Assembly (NCBI RefSeq): GCF_902713615.1
Contig: NW_024055900.1
Location: 124,001 to 188,000, forward strand
Length of the DNA: 64,000 nt
Direction of reading: 5' to 3'
From: Scyliorhinus canicula
Lineage: Eukaryota
Shown: positions 63,372 to 64,000 of the stretch, piece after piece
Layout of the letters: each line of letters begins with the position of its first letter
Numbering within the stretch: position 1 is the stretch's first letter
Made by a program: the position numbers and the translations under genes
The notes under the pieces: model-generated
Told to the model about the DNA's origin: nothing
The model's database searches: none
What the model saw: the letters and a program-made list of their open reading frames with translations, nothing else

Positions 63372-63678
63372 TCTCTCAGTCCGCAGAAATACACCGCGCT
63401 ATCAGACAGCCGCAGCTCCCGGGTGGTGAAATTCCCCTCACTTTTCGAAGTGTTTATTGATGAAGAAAATCGAGACTCCACACCCACTGCTCTGGGAACG
63501 TTTCCGTAGTTATAGATGTAGATCAATAATGTGGGGGCTTTGTTCCTGTCCTGCCGGTACAGCTGTAAATAATATGAAGCAGCTGTGATCAAATACCTGT
63601 AATTAATGGTCACCGAGTCTCCTTCAAATTGTGTCACTGCAAGCGGCTCCTGAGAGACAGAATCTTCACTTCTGACCG
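63372..63678 (-). CDS. TRAV/DV: Inverted TCR alpha/delta-type V segment 3; open frame but first Cys replaced by Tyr and conserved Trp by Leu
   Basis: EDSVSQEPLAVTQFEGDSVTINYRY...YLQLYRQ...RFSSS...SDSAVYFCGLRD; acceptor ttttcAG|. Confidence 0.85.
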
Positions 63679-63834
63679 CTGAAAACATTTAGAAATAGAA
63701 GACTTTATTTTTTAATTGTCACGATTGTTTCAAGTTAAGGCAATAGATTGCAAACGGAGGAGAGATGCATTTAAATGATGATTTATATGTCGATATCACG
63801 AGCAAAGTGAAAATGGTGCAACTTCGGAACTTAC

Positions 63835-63886
63835 CAGTTAAGAGAACTGCGGCTGCGAGAAATGTGTAAAAGATAACAGCCAACAT
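63835..63886 (-). CDS. Leader exon of V3
   Basis: MLAVIFYTFLAAAVLLT then G|GTAAGT; in phase with the V exon. Confidence 0.85.
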
Positions 63887-64000
63887 GTTCACAGAGCTGG
63901 TGGTGGATTTAAACAGAGTGAGTTGAAGCTGAATTGTTTCAGATAAGACTTGACAAGATGTTGAGTCATATCCCACCTCACGACTGATTGGTTCGTTCCT

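Noticed and set aside
63961-64000. CCAAT and TGACTCA motifs upstream of the V3 leader
   Set aside because: Short motifs at the window edge; insufficient to call a promoter.

Overview
Eukaryotic genomic DNA from a cartilaginous fish (shark-type IgM and V-SINE/CR1 repeats). The + strand carries a complete, apparently intact IgM heavy-chain constant region: CH1 18772-19071, CH2 33832-34143, CH3 37035-37340, CH4+secretory tail ~37828-38222, TM1 45410-45537 and TM2 45676-45684. About 15 kb downstream lie three T-cell-receptor alpha/delta-type V segments with recombination signal sequences (two on +, one inverted). Between the Ig and TCR parts sits a 10.3-kb spuma/foamy-like endogenous retrovirus on the - strand, with 1.23-kb LTRs, a tRNA-Lys PBS, decayed gag and pol, and no recognisable env. 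It has no target-site duplication and its LTRs are unevenly diverged, so it may mark the junction that brought the two loci together (or an assembly join). The CH1-CH2 intron is inflated to 14.8 kb by a near-intact CR1 LINE whose 5' end is ~58 tandem copies of a 153-bp unit. The rest is L1-like fragments, a decayed Harbinger transposon, a Penelope-like hairpin, SINEs, CA-rich tracts and a 66-bp minisatellite. No IgH V, D or J segment was recognised in the window. All family assignments come from motifs recognised by eye; no database search was run.
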